24,938 nucleotides of DNA from Octopus sinensis (GCF_006345805.1 NW_021836271.1:1-24938), one strand, 5' to 3'. Counted from the stretch's first letter, positions 9,326 through 20,690 are shown. Notes: generated from the sequence alone by a model not told the origin. Numbers and translations: made by a program.

Positions 9326-9735
9326 TACTCTTTACTCTCTCTTACTCTTTTACTTGTTTCAGTCATTTGACTGTGGCCATGCTCGAGTACCGCCTTTAGT
9401 CGATCGAGAAAATTGACCCCGGGACTTATTCTTTGTAAGCCTAGTACTTATTCTATCGGTTTCTTTTGCCGAAACGCTAAGTTACGGGGATGTAAACACA
9501 CACCAGCATCGGTTGTCAAGCGATGTTGGGGAGGGGAGGCAAACATATACACACACGTACATATATAAATACATATATACGACGGGCTTCTTTCAGTTTC
9601 CGTCTACCAAATCCACTCACAAGGCTTTGGTCGGCCCGAGGTCATAGTAGAAGACACTTGCCCAAGGTGCCACTCAGTGGGACTGAACCCGGAACCATGT
9701 GATTCGTTAGCAAGCTACTTACTACACAGCCACTC
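9326..9735 (-). mobile_element. SINE family A, nearly full length
   Basis: Reverse complement of 3350-3812, with the (TACTCTTT)n tail at the left end. Confidence 0.92.
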
Positions 9736-9879
9736 GGTTATTAATAAAAACGATTTAATAAAATACTGAATTTGATATTTTTTTTCCCATGATACCCCAA
9801 ATGACATAAGCAATGGCTTACCGTAGTACGGTGGTATACGAAGCCTGAAGTTTGTGGGGAGGGATTTCGGCGATACTTT

Positions 9880-10200
9880 CAGCTTCCGCACTTGACACGC
9901 ACTATATTGCAACGATTCCAAAAGAATGAAAGGTACGGGCAGCCTCGCAGAAGGTTTTGAACTCAGAACGTAAATAGCTGGAAGGAATACCGTAAGATGG
10001 TGTAACGGTTCTAACGATCACACCGCTTTTAAACAATCCCATCTATTACAGGCACAAGGCGTGAAATTCTATTTGTGGGTCTTGTCGATTGCATCGAGCT
10101 TAATGATCAGCTGGTACTTATTTTATCGAACACGAAACGATGCAAGTTAAAGTCAGCCCCAGAAATTAAGGTGTGTTATCAATTTTATCAGCTCGCCACC
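9880..10200 (-). mobile_element. Two old SINE family B relics
   Basis: TTTGAACTCAGAACGTAAA at ~9957-9975. CAGGCACAAGGC..GTCGATTGCATCGA..CTGGTACTTATTTTATCGA..CAGCTCGCCACC at ~10050-10200. Confidence 0.7.
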
Positions 10201-11989
10201 TGACACCACCCTAAAATAATAAAGATATTGGATGTCGTGGTAAATACGTTTACAAGGTTTGAAAAATGGAATGTTAGAAGATCTTATGTTAGATAAATGT
10301 CGAGTTAACAGTAAATAAAACCCAACTTAAATACCACTAGGAATTAATCAGCTTATATACGGATTCTGCTATTTATTCCTGGTAGTGATGGTATGTATAG
10401 GTGGCCAATTGGTGCAGTTAAGAGAGCGGTGTAGCGAATGTTCTGCGGTAACCGTTCTGGCTTAGTTCACAAGAACTTAGTTTAATGTGTTGCCCAGACA
10501 AGATAGTTAACACTTAATTCTTCTCCATTCATTCATACGGAAGATACAGTATACCAATCTTTCAGAGATAAGTACACTACTCTCTCAAATGCCAAGAAAC
10601 GAATTTACTCCGATCTCACATGAGTTAGATGCAAAGAAATATTTGTATAAACACCGAAGGTAATTGGCCTAACTGTTAAAGTGTTCTCCTCACGATGTAT
10701 ATTATGTAGATTCGATTAATGGACTCTCCAGCACGTTGTATCCAGAATACAACATTATTTCACGTCTCTCCTGTGTTCTTATGAAAAAGGGAATACCAGC
10801 CAACTACAGATGCAACTCTGTCCAAAACAGTACCCAGGGTATCTGCGATGGCATCCGTCTCCGCTAAATAGTTCTTAACAGATAGAGTTGATACTTCATC
10901 ACAGACGTAATAATAAATTATCTATTATTACGACATTTCTATTGGGCGATATTATTTGGTCGCTGTTGGACCATGTTTGACATTTGATATTAACTTGAAA
11001 CATTCGTACGCTGCTTCTTAATGCAACAATCCGTAGGATGTGGTTCCTTAATCATTTCTCTTACTGTATCCCAAAAGCCCTACCAAAACGATGATAATCG
11101 CTCCCCCTCCTATTTTGCTGAATCCAAACACAGTTCCTGGTATTATTGTAAACATTGGCATAGCTTGTTCTATGTGGACAGCTTACTGTCCAATTTTACT
11201 AAACCCCCACCAAAGGTAAATCATCTATGTTATTTAACCCTCGCAGAAAATGGTAAAATCAGGCAATTCAGATGATTGAACAACTGAATCTTCATGACCA
11301 AACGATGGATATCTATTACGACCTCTATTTTCCATAGCTGAATTCCTCCTAATTCTGCCACATCTACATAAAGCTCAATCAACAGACAAACAAGCCTCAG
11401 TGAAGTAGCTCTATACTAGAACTAGAAGATAAACTTATCTTAAGTTCATCCTACCAACTGAGAAAGAGGAAAAGCATCTTCGAAAACATAGACTTAGATA
11501 TCCAACAAATGACGGGATGGTAATATATGTAATTCATTTGATGTTCGCTAATGTCTATCAGTGTTTATCTGTGGCTTGAAGATCAGCAAAAGATGTAGCT
11601 TTGCTATAACGAAGGCTTCGATGTTTTTAGTCAACGTACAGTTTACATCGCTCAGAAATGGATGATTTAAATTAGTAATTAGCACAATCTTCCCCAAAAT
11701 AAATCGTGCATTGACTGTAAAGGAGAATTCAAATGCGCTTTCCGACATTTGGAGCTGGCATTTTTTTAACGATTTAGCTAGAGGAGGAAATGCGATGCCC
11801 ATCACATATTCATGTCATCCGAGACATGTCATGAGAGGAAGGAGGAGAATGATATTACCCTTATAAAAGGTGATTGCTCCACATAACTGAGATAGAGGGG
11901 ACCTTGCTAAAGGCACTCAAGGTTTATGTAGTAGTAATAAACTTCACAACAAATTAACGTTACGATTACAAACCAACGAAAAGCCGATA

Positions 11990-12155
11990 TCTCCAATGAG
12001 CTTCCACAGTGTGTACGTCTACAAAATTTCATTCACAGCGTCGTTTCGGCTGACCCAAGCATATTGCAAAGGCATTTCAGAATGGTTCTTCTTAGTGGGA
12101 ATAAACCCGGGAAGACGTAGATGCTAAGCGATGTTTTAAAACTACACAGCTATGA
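11990..12155 (-). mobile_element. Very old SINE family A 5' relic
   Basis: GCTTCCACAGT..GTCTACAAAATTTCATTCACA..AAACCCGG..CTACACAGC aligns loosely with the reverse-complemented family A head. Confidence 0.5.
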
Positions 12156-12434
12156 CTGAAGTAATTTATAGATTTATTTGAGAAACAAAAAAAACAGAAA
12201 AACAAATGTCTGTAATGTTTGGGGAAAGTCATTTTCTTTTTGTGCTTCATAATTTAAATGACACTCCCCAGACACCAGAGAATATGCTTCAACACACGAA
12301 CTCATATAAAGAATCTTGCAAACCAAATCCAAAAACGAAATGCCTATATCAAAGAGCTGAACGCTACTGGTATACTGGAGAGGAGGGTGTCTTTTTATCT
12401 GTTATACGCCAATTTACTTTATAAGGAAAAAATA

Positions 12435-12640
12435 TTTATTTCTATATTATCTGCAGGAGCTAAACATAGAGGGGATATTCAAGGACAGACAAAGGGATTA
12501 AGTCGATTGCATCGACCTCAGTGCGTAACTGGTACTTATTTAATCGACTCCGAAGGATGAAAGGCTAAGTCGACCGCGGCGGAATTTAAACTCAGAACGT
12601 ATCGGCAGACGAAATACGTAACGGCAGACATTGAAATACG
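12435..12640 (-). mobile_element. SINE family B (subfamily with GCTAAAC..GAGG tail), 5'-truncated
   Basis: Matches 22100-22290. Confidence 0.85.
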
Positions 12641-12749
12641 TGGTGTTCTCTTGTGGCCAGATAATTTAAGCGGGATAATATTTATACATAACATCTGACG
12701 AATATAGACGTTTTGAACTTTAAAATGGATGAACAAGGTAGAGGATGCA

Positions 12750-12832
12750 TTAGATAGATAGATAGGCAGAGACAAAAGAGAGAGAGAGATAGAGAGAGAA
12801 AGTATGTGTGTGTGTGTGTGTGTGCGTGTGTT
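12750..12832. repeat. (GATA)n/(GA)n/(TG)n microsatellite
   Basis: Directly visible. Confidence 0.9.
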
Positions 12833-13769
12833 TTGCTTGCATAATAAGAACATATTAAAATTTTCATACTTAGGTTATCATTTTTACTGTCATTTCATTT
12901 ATATTTCAAAGCAGCAGAATAATATAACCCTAGGTAAATAGATTAAGCTATATTAAACATAAATGGGAGACATTTATCGAATATATGTGTTTCTCCTTTA
13001 TTTTCTTTCTTTTTTTTTTCAAAGAACTCTTTGTAAACGAATGATATATTATGTAATAAGGCATATGAAAGAAATAGAACGAAAACTGCCAGTAACGTGA
13101 GATATTCTTTCCAAAAACTATTTTGGAATCGTACGCATCTCTCCATTTCATTACACGAGCAAAAAAAAACAGAGAGGAAAAATGCTTTTTAACGGAACAT
13201 AAATAAACACATACAAACTATTGTTTCAAATGCCCTTTCAATATACCAGTACTCCATGTTTCATTTATTTCTTTTTCTGTTCTTTTCCACATTAACTTAG
13301 ACACTAATAGCTTTATTTCTAATGCTCACACTGTTATTTTTGTATAGTTGTTTTCTTTCTTGGCTCTACCTATATTTTGTTCCCGATATCTGTCTGTTAA
13401 TACAAACATAATAAATATCTTAGTCTTCCTGAAAGTTGTTAGCGAAAGCTCCTTAAAGAAAGGACAAAGAAATGTTTATTCTGGCAATCTTTAGATCTAA
13501 TTTCCTTCGCAATACGAATCTTTCACCAAAAAAATAGCTGCAATTCTAACGTTTCGTTTGATGTTTGCATAAGTACATAAAACGATTTCTTTAGAGAAAC
13601 ATAGAAAATATCTAAAGCACTACCCTCACGGTTATCCAACTTTTTCCATTTCACAGAGCAAAGTAGCAAAACACATCATAGTAGAGATGCTGTTTATGTC
13701 TTTTATTGTCTAAATAAAGAATTACATAAACTGGCTGTAGGTAATCCGCATAAACACGGCTGTGTGTTA

Positions 13770-14135
13770 GGCGCAGTTATGAATCTAAAGTTGAGTAGTT
13801 CGCTGTACAAACACGTTGTTTCCGGCTCAGTGCTATTGGGTGGCGAGCACGTTGGGTGGATCACATTTACTACAGCCCTGGGCCGACCAAAGACTTGTTA
13901 ATAAATTTGGAAGACGGAAGCACATATGTGTGTGTGCGTGTGTGTGTGTGCCTGTGTGTATGTGTGAGTGTACATATGTGTGTTTCTTTGTGTTTGTTCG
14001 CTATCGACGCTCGACAAACGGTGCTGGTTTATTTACCTCCCGTCACTTAGCATACCGACATGGGAGACCGATTGAATAAGTGCGGTATTTGTAAATAACA
14101 AGGTACCGTGGTTCGATATGGTTGACTGAACGCTT
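13770..14135 (+). mobile_element. Diverged SINE family A copy
   Basis: TACTACAGCCCTGGGCCGACCAAAGACTTG..TTTGGAAGACGGAA, a TG tract, then CCCGTCACTTAGC..GAGACCGATTGAATAAGT, all in family A order. Confidence 0.75.
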
Positions 14136-14277
14136 CATAAAAGATAAAATATGAGCCACAGATGTTTGAACTCACTCCTCCAGCAACACATACACACACG
14201 AACACAAATGCACATAAACACACATGAACACAGACACATATATATACATACAAACACGTACATACTTATATACGTCC

Positions 14278-14408
14278 TACCAACCACATGGTTCCGGGTT
14301 CAGTCCCACTGCGTGGCACCTTGGGCAAGTGTCTTCTACTATAGCCTCGGGCCGACCAAAGCCTTCTGAGTGGATTTGGTAGACGGAAACTGAAAGAAGC
14401 CCGTCGTA

Positions 14409-14443
<35 letters not shown>

Positions 14444-14654
14444 GCGTGTGTGTGTTTGTCCCCTGGCATTGCTTCACAACCGATGCTGGTGTGTTTACAT
14501 CCCCGTTACTTAGCGGTTCGGCAAAAGAGACCGATAGAATAAGTACTGGGCTTACAAAAGAATAAGTCCCGGGGTCGAGTTGCTCGATTAAAGGCGGTGC
14601 TCCAGCATGGCCGCAGTCAAATGACTGAAACAAGTAAAAGAGTAAACGAGTAAA

Positions 14655-14656
<2 letters not shown>
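14278..14656 (+). mobile_element. SINE family A, slightly 5'-truncated
   Basis: Near-identical to 3350-3812 from TACCAACCACATGG to the GAGTAAAA tail. Confidence 0.93.
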
Positions 14657-14700
<44 letters not shown>

Positions 14701-14964
14701 ATACTGTTATGTATGTATGCGTGTATGTGTTTATATATGTAAAACATCTGCGTGTGTGTGTCCGTGTATGTAGGCGTGTGTATTTCTAAAATTGAAACAG
14801 ATTTTCGTTTGTTACAGATTATTAATTATCTAACGAAACATCTTTTAAAAATTCCTATTAACACAGATCTGATGGGAAATACTTTTGCGTAAGGAATCTG
14901 TGCTCGAATTAATTCTCATTCAAGCACTCAATGTAATTCATATGGTTAAATATTTCGTATAAAC

Positions 14965-14981
14965 AAAATAATAATAATAAT

Positions 14982-15062
<81 letters not shown>

Positions 15063-15100
15063 GTAATTTAAAAAATAATAATAATAATAATAATAATAAT
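14965..15100. repeat. (AAT)n-(ATT)n-(AAT)n tract with an inverted junction at ~15010
   Basis: Directly visible switch of strand polarity. Confidence 0.95.
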
Positions 15101-16006
15101 TTTGAAATATTTTAACTGAAACGAGAAATTTTTCTAAAAACATTCTTTGAACATCAATGTATATATGGGTGTGTGGGAGTGGTGAGTATGTGCGTGTGTC
15201 TTTGCGTGTGTGTGTGTGTGTGCGCGTGCATGTGTGTGTTAGTGTGTGCGTGTTTGCACACATACGCATGCATATATATATGTATATATATATATAATGA
15301 TAATATGAGGGAATATACTTCCAAACTTACAAGGAAAAATTCAATTTAGAAATACTAAATCAAATTTCACAAATTACAATATGTATTTATAATACAATAT
15401 GCATGTATAAATGGAGCAAAAACGCAATACAGGGCATTAAAACGTTCGGACAGATAGACGACACAAAGGCGGACAAGAGAAACAACAATTAGAAGGACAG
15501 CCTAAAAAAAGACGGGTCGTTCTTGGCTATCATCAGTCGCAGTTTATGAAAAATGTCATTAGACTTCCAGAGTAAAGAAAATCATTTCATGTCGACAACG
15601 TGAATGAGTAAAAAAAGGGGAGAAGCGCTATGTTGGCCCGTCAAGGCACTTTTAGTATGTAGTAACAGATTTACGATGCATTTGATGTTCCGTGTTCACA
15701 TGTAAGTAGATGACTACAAGGAAATGCCTTTAACCTGAAGAAAATTGCTGATCGTTATCAATCTCAGGAGAAACGGCTATAAAATTCGATTAATGCGATG
15801 CGTGTCAAGAGAGAGGACATGAAAATCATTTCCGGTGGATTCAGTGGAAGTCACACGCAAGACTCATCGGAACTGAATCGGCCGATTTAGAAAGACTTTT
15901 ACTTTTTTCAGTCGTTGAACATAAGATTCTTTTCTGGCTTATGTCGTTCCGTTCGACTTTAACTCATTTGGCTTCAAAACAAAAGAATAGCAATGCGTGT
16001 TTTTAT

Positions 16007-16306
16007 TTACTCTTTTACTCTTTTACTTGTTTCAGTCATTTGACTGCGGCCATGCTGGAGCACCGCCTTTAGTCGAGCAAATCGACCCCGGGATTTATTC
16101 TTTGTAAGCCCGGTACTTATTCTATCGGTCTCTTTTGCCGAACCGCTAAGTTACGGGGAAGTAAACACACCAGCATCGGTTGTCAAGCAATGCTAGGGGG
16201 ACAAACACACACACAAACATACACGCACATATATATATATATATATATACATATATACGACAGGCTTCTTTCAGTTTCCGTCTACCAAATCCACTCACAA
16301 GGCATT
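16007..16306 (-). mobile_element. SINE family A, lacking the tRNA head
   Basis: Reverse complement of family A from the tail to CCACTCACAAGGCATT. Confidence 0.92.
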
Positions 16307-16374
16307 ATATTATTTTTATTTATTTTGGCACTGCGATATTGACCATTGTGAGAAATATTATGGAAGTAAGCGTA

Positions 16375-16580
16375 ATAAAATTGAATGATCTAGAATGAAT
16401 TATTTTTGGCAGAGTCGAATATATTTCAGACTATTAACTCCGGTCACCAATCGCAAGTATGAAGTGTAATTGAAGAGTATTGTCTAAACCAAGTATATCT
16501 GAAGTAGAAATTGCAGACTGTTTGCCTGGAGCAGCTAATTAAATAAGAGATATGGTTTGAATATATTGATCAAAAGGTAC
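16375..16580. repeat. Left arm of a 206-bp inverted duplication (partner 17692-17897)
   Basis: 205/206 identity by manual comparison (TGTCTA vs TGGCTA is the only mismatch seen). Similarity continues into the adjoining AAT/AAC microsatellite. Confidence 0.95.
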
Positions 16581-16773
16581 CAATAATAATAATAATAATA
16601 ATGATATAATAAAAATAATAGTAATAATAATAACAACAATACACACAACAACAATAATAATATAATAACAATATAATAATAACAACAACAACCAACAACA
16701 ACAACAACAACAATAATAATAATAATAACAATAATAATAATAACAACAACACAACAGCACAACAAAACACAAC

Positions 16774-16820
<47 letters not shown>

Positions 16821-16866
16821 TGATGATAATAATAATATAATATATAATAATAATAATAATAATAAT
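16581..16866. repeat. Compound (AAT)n/(AAC)n microsatellite
   Basis: Directly visible. Confidence 0.96.
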
Positions 16867-17114
16867 GAAGTACAATGGACTTCTACAGAATGTGTGGAAA
16901 GAGGATCGAAAGCTTGACTCACATTGTTAGTGCTTGTGAAAGTCTTGCGCAGAAGGAGTACAAGAGAAGACACGACAAGGCAGCCCAAAACCTCCACCGG
17001 CTACTATGCCGTAAGTATGGATATGAGGTTACGAGTGCTTGGTACCAACATACACCGCAAAAGGTAATGGACGAAAGGGGGAAGGAAAAAATCCTCTGCG
17101 ACTTTGACTTCCAA
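16867..17114 (+). pseudogene. Internal fragment of an R4/Dong-like RLE non-LTR retrotransposon ORF (CCHC knuckle + RHD motif)
   Basis: YRMCGKRIESLTHIVSACESLAQKEYKRRHDKAAQNLHRLLCRKYG..WYQHTPQKVMD..KILCDFDFQ fits the CX2CX8HX4C knuckle (first Cys reads Tyr). It is followed by the KRRHD and KILWDF-like motifs that precede the PD..D endonuclease of RLE LINEs. Confidence 0.92.
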
Positions 17115-17151
17115 TAATAATAATAACAACAACAACAAAAATAACAATAAC

Positions 17152-17191
<40 letters not shown>

Positions 17192-17198
17192 TAATAAT
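17115..17198. repeat. (AAT)n/(AAC)n tract
   Basis: Directly visible. Confidence 0.95.
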
Positions 17199-17641
17199 TG
17201 CCCTATTGTAATATCAGGTATTGGCTTTCATACCTTCCGATGTTAATTGATTGAAAGTGTTATCATTTACGTGTTTTGCCTTGCTGCGAAAGGTGCGCAA
17301 CAACAAATATTCTGAGCAATACCACAGGTTTGTTTGGCAGTTCTTTGATCTTAGCCAGTTAAGTATGTCCCTTAGTGACTGACGATATGTCCCTCTCTGA
17401 TCACGAGCAAAAGTAGTTGGGGGGGGGCATCACAACCATATGTTGAAAGGAATTCTTTGGAGTTTGGATAACTCACTTCTGGGAACATGGGTGGTTCATT
17501 CATCATCATTAAAGAACCCTTATTCAAAGACCATTATTATTATTGTTGTTGTTGTTGTTGCTGTTGTTGTTGTTATTATTATTATTGTTATTATTATTAT
17601 TATTGTTGTTGTTGTTATTGTTGTTATTATTATTACTATTA

Positions 17642-17691
<50 letters not shown>

Positions 17692-18152
17692 GTACCTTTT
17701 GATCAATATATTCAAACCATATCTCTTATTTAATTAGCTGCTCCAGGCAAACAGTCTGCAATTTCTACTTCAGATATACTTGGTTTAGCCAATACTCTTC
17801 AATTACACTTCATACTTGCGATTGGTGACCGGAGTTAATAGTCTGAAATATATTCGACTCTGCCAAAAATAATTCATTCTAGATCATTCAATTTTATGGG
17901 TGGTTCATTCATCATCATTAAAGAACCCTTATTCAAAGACCATTTGAGCGGGATGAAGAAAACTCGAGCTGAAGAATATCTAGCTGGGTCCCACCAACAA
18001 GGTCATACGCTGTTTTTATCCTGATATGAGATCACCATGTAGTGCACATATGGTTGCGATGCATGTGCCTGGTGTACTCTTGTCAGACGGGTAGTCATGG
18101 TGGATATACTGGGCTGTCCGCGTTTACCGTAAGTGAAATCGAGATCTCTCAG
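17199..18152 (+). mobile_element. Element D, older copy interrupted at 17536-17895
   Basis: 17199-17535 plus 17896-18152 is collinear with the reverse complement of 6953-7475. A 49-bp segment is duplicated around the interruption. Confidence 0.85.
17536..17897. repeat. Right arm of the inverted duplication (ATT/GTT microsatellite + 206 bp unique)
   Basis: Reverse complement of 16375-~16819. Flanked by the identical 49-mer ATGGGTGGTTCATTCATCATCATTAAAGAACCCTTATTCAAAGACCATT at 17487-17535 and 17896-17944. Confidence 0.95.
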
Positions 18153-18682
18153 AAGTGAAATGAAGATAATCATAAAAATATTACACTTCACTAATAATTT
18201 TAAAATGAACTTTGTTTAAAATACTTCTCCAAAAATAAATTATTGACAACGCCAAGATTTTTATTGTATGTCTTTAGTTTCTTTTTCTTGTTCTTTTGTT
18301 TCCCTTTTTTATTTGCTGTATGTTTGAAACGCTTATTCTTTGATTTATTTCTCAAAGAATTATTGATATTTGTTCAGAATTATTGACAGTGAATGATTTT
18401 GTAGTTTGAATAAAAATAACAATGGAAATTTGAATAAACATTATACTAAAGTGGAACCGCTTCAGTTGAGATATTAAATTTCATCTTGCTATTTGAAGAA
18501 TACATCAAAGAACATCAAGATACTTTTAATATAAACTAAAGTGCTACAATTCTTTCCTGTTATTTGTTTCCGTCTTTCGAATGACTGAGACATCTTAGAA
18601 AATATTTAGTCATATGTTACATACTACGAAGAGGCTTTAGTCGAGAGTGTCCACTCCGTATCTCATCTTGTATTTATTTCAA

Positions 18683-19066
18683 ACTAGCAGTATCGCCTGG
18701 CGTTGCTCAGGTTTGTAAGGGAAATAACTATAAAGCATTTGTAGAGAGTTATAGCCAAAAAATAGCAAAAAAATGGAAAAAAATGATGGTAAATTTTTTT
18801 GAGAGTTAAAAAAGGTGGAGTTGCGTCCCCTAGACAGTTTGTGGTTTGTGTTTCTGATTCTCGACCCCATGTCGAATTTAGCGATATTTTTCAGAACTGG
18901 GTGAACTTTTCAAAATTTTCGCTGCGTTAGTTTTAATTATGACATTGGGCTATGTGTGTGTCAAGTTTCATCAGAATCGGTTGAAAGCCGTGGTCAGGGT
19001 GAGGGTACAAGCAAACAGACACACAGAAACACGCACAGACAAACTGCCGTTTATATAGAGAGAGAT
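18683..19066 (+). mobile_element. Non-autonomous Helitron/Helentron-like element (Lep1/HINE-like architecture)
   Basis: 5' ACTAG followed by the short hairpin CCTGG-CGTTGC-TCAGG. 3' AAGTTTCATCAGAATCGGTTGA.., an ACAGAC-type microsatellite and a terminal TTTATATAGAGAGAGAT, the layout typical of these elements. Confidence 0.65.
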
Positions 19067-19159
19067 ATCGTAAAACTCTTAAAGGGAAAGACGATGAGAT
19101 GGTCTAGCCATAAAGAGAAATCACTTGAGCGTCGAGTGACTTCTTGGCCGTAACGTATA

Positions 19160-19371
19160 CTTTTCTAGTCTAGGCACAAGACCTAAAATTTTCGGGGAGT
19201 GGACAGTCGATTAGATCGACCCCAGAACGCAACTGGTACTTAATTTATCAACGCCGAAAGGATGAAAGGCAAAGTCGACGTCGGCCGAATTTGAACTCTG
19301 AACGTAAAGACAGACGAAATACGGCTAAGAATTTCGCCCGGCGTGCTAACGTTTCTGCCAGTTCGCCGCCT
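19160..19371 (-). mobile_element. SINE family B (subfamily with CTAGGCACAAG tail), full length
   Basis: Minus strand GGCGGCGAACTGGCAGAAACG (A-box-like) and GAGTTCAAATTC (B-box-like), then the Deu/Nin-like GACTTTGCCTTTCATCCTTTCGG..GATAAATTAAGTACCAG. Confidence 0.9.
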
Positions 19372-19419
19372 TAATGACCGTAATATAATCGCCCCGTGAA
19401 GATCCTTGTTACATATTTA

Positions 19420-19430
19420 CATATTAAATA

Positions 19431-19481
<51 letters not shown>

Positions 19482-19579
19482 TATTATATATATATATACA
19501 ATACATGCATACACATACATACATATATAAATCCTAGATAGATAGATAGATAGATAGATATAGATAGATAGATAGATAG
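19420..19579. repeat. (TA)n and (GATA)n microsatellites
   Basis: Directly visible. Confidence 0.95.
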
Positions 19580-20218
19580 GAGCATGAGTGGCTGTGTGGA
19601 AAGAAGTATTAAAATCTGCTTTAAGTTCTATATAGTTCTGGTAATTTATATTCGCGCCAGGCTGTCTAACAACATATACCCAGTGGCTCATTTCTAGTAT
19701 ATTATATTCTTGCCGAAAGGTATTTCTGACTGAAGAAACCTCTGTTGAAATTCTTTCCAGTAATTGCCAACATTACTCTATTCTTCTCACATTCTTGAAT
19801 ATAATACTACATCACAAATAGAAGCCTTACGTATGACATCTCTTTAAAAACAGGTAAGTTTAATTTAAGAAAAAATTTAGTGTCTGCTTCTAACAGATTT
19901 AACAACAGGTCTCGGGTCCGTTGTTAGCTTGTCTTGTCGAGTTTTTGTCTGACCGAGCACTGGTTGCAATCTTTAGGGTGTTCCCTCAAACGGTATCGGT
20001 GTTCTATTGCCGGTGGTAAACTCTTTGATTTGTAAGGAAATAAAATTCTGACATTTGCTTTAAATTATATTCTTCAATGAACAGGTCGTTTGGAATTATC
20101 GTTTATGTCCTATGTGGAAAATTCCTTAACTTTCTTGGCACTAGTCACAGGGAAAACTTATCAAACCGAGATAGAGGACGTTTTGCTTACGGGTATATTA
20201 AGACACGTGTTTGAGCAT

Positions 20219-20322
20219 GTGTGTGTATGTTTGCGTGTCTGTGTTTGTCGCCCCAACATCGCTTGACAACCGATGATGGTGTGTTTACGCCCCTGCAACC
20301 CAGCGGTTCGGCAAAAGAGACC
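20219..20322 (+). mobile_element. SINE family A 3'-half fragment
   Basis: TGTTTGTCGCCCCAACATCGCTTGACAACCGATG..CGGTTCGGCAAAAGAGACC. Confidence 0.88.
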
Positions 20323-20534
20323 TAATATTGAACTCTAAAAGCATAAAGACACTTCAATGTATTGGTACACTTATTAATTTTTGTATATATTTATTATTTT
20401 TTTGAAAAGAAACATTGATAATTTCTCTTTTCCCCTTCCTCAATTTAAAAAAAAATTTTTCCCTTCCAAATCTTGAAAATTTTCCTTTACTTTCAATTTA
20501 GCACTCTGCCTTGTTAGTTTTTTCCTCTCGTATA

Positions 20535-20559
<25 letters not shown>

Positions 20560-20566
<7 letters not shown>

Positions 20567-20690
20567 CGATACCACAGACCTCCATAGAGTTTCCCTGTAC
20601 CAATTTCTCTCACGTAGTATTGATCAGTCCGAAGCTATGGTAGAAGACATTTGACCAAGGTGCAGCACACTGGTTGCAAAGCGAAGCCAT
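20560..20690 (-). mobile_element. Old SINE family A 5'-half relic
   Basis: GTTTCCCTGTACCAA..GCTATGGTAGAAGACATTTGACCAAGGTGC matches the reverse-complemented head region. Confidence 0.65.

Noticed and set aside
12912-13740. Possible micro-exon 12912-12933 and 84-nt exon 13657-13740 with compatible phases
   Set aside because: Splice-like signals of this quality are common in AT-rich DNA, and the peptide is not recognisable. Needs RNA evidence.
15511-15536. Minus-strand CTGATGA..GAA-CG-ACC-CG-TC hammerhead-like string
   Set aside because: No stem II or stem I and an incomplete GAAA. Too degraded to call.
16375-17897. Interpretation as a foldback/MITE transposon with 206-bp terminal inverted repeats
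   Set aside because: The direct repeat flanks only the right arm and that arm interrupts element D, which fits a templated insertion and not a TIR element.
19761-19853. Strong donor CAG|GTAAGT with an upstream TTCTTTCCAG acceptor
   Set aside because: There are stops in all three frames. It could only be a non-coding exon, which sequence alone cannot support.
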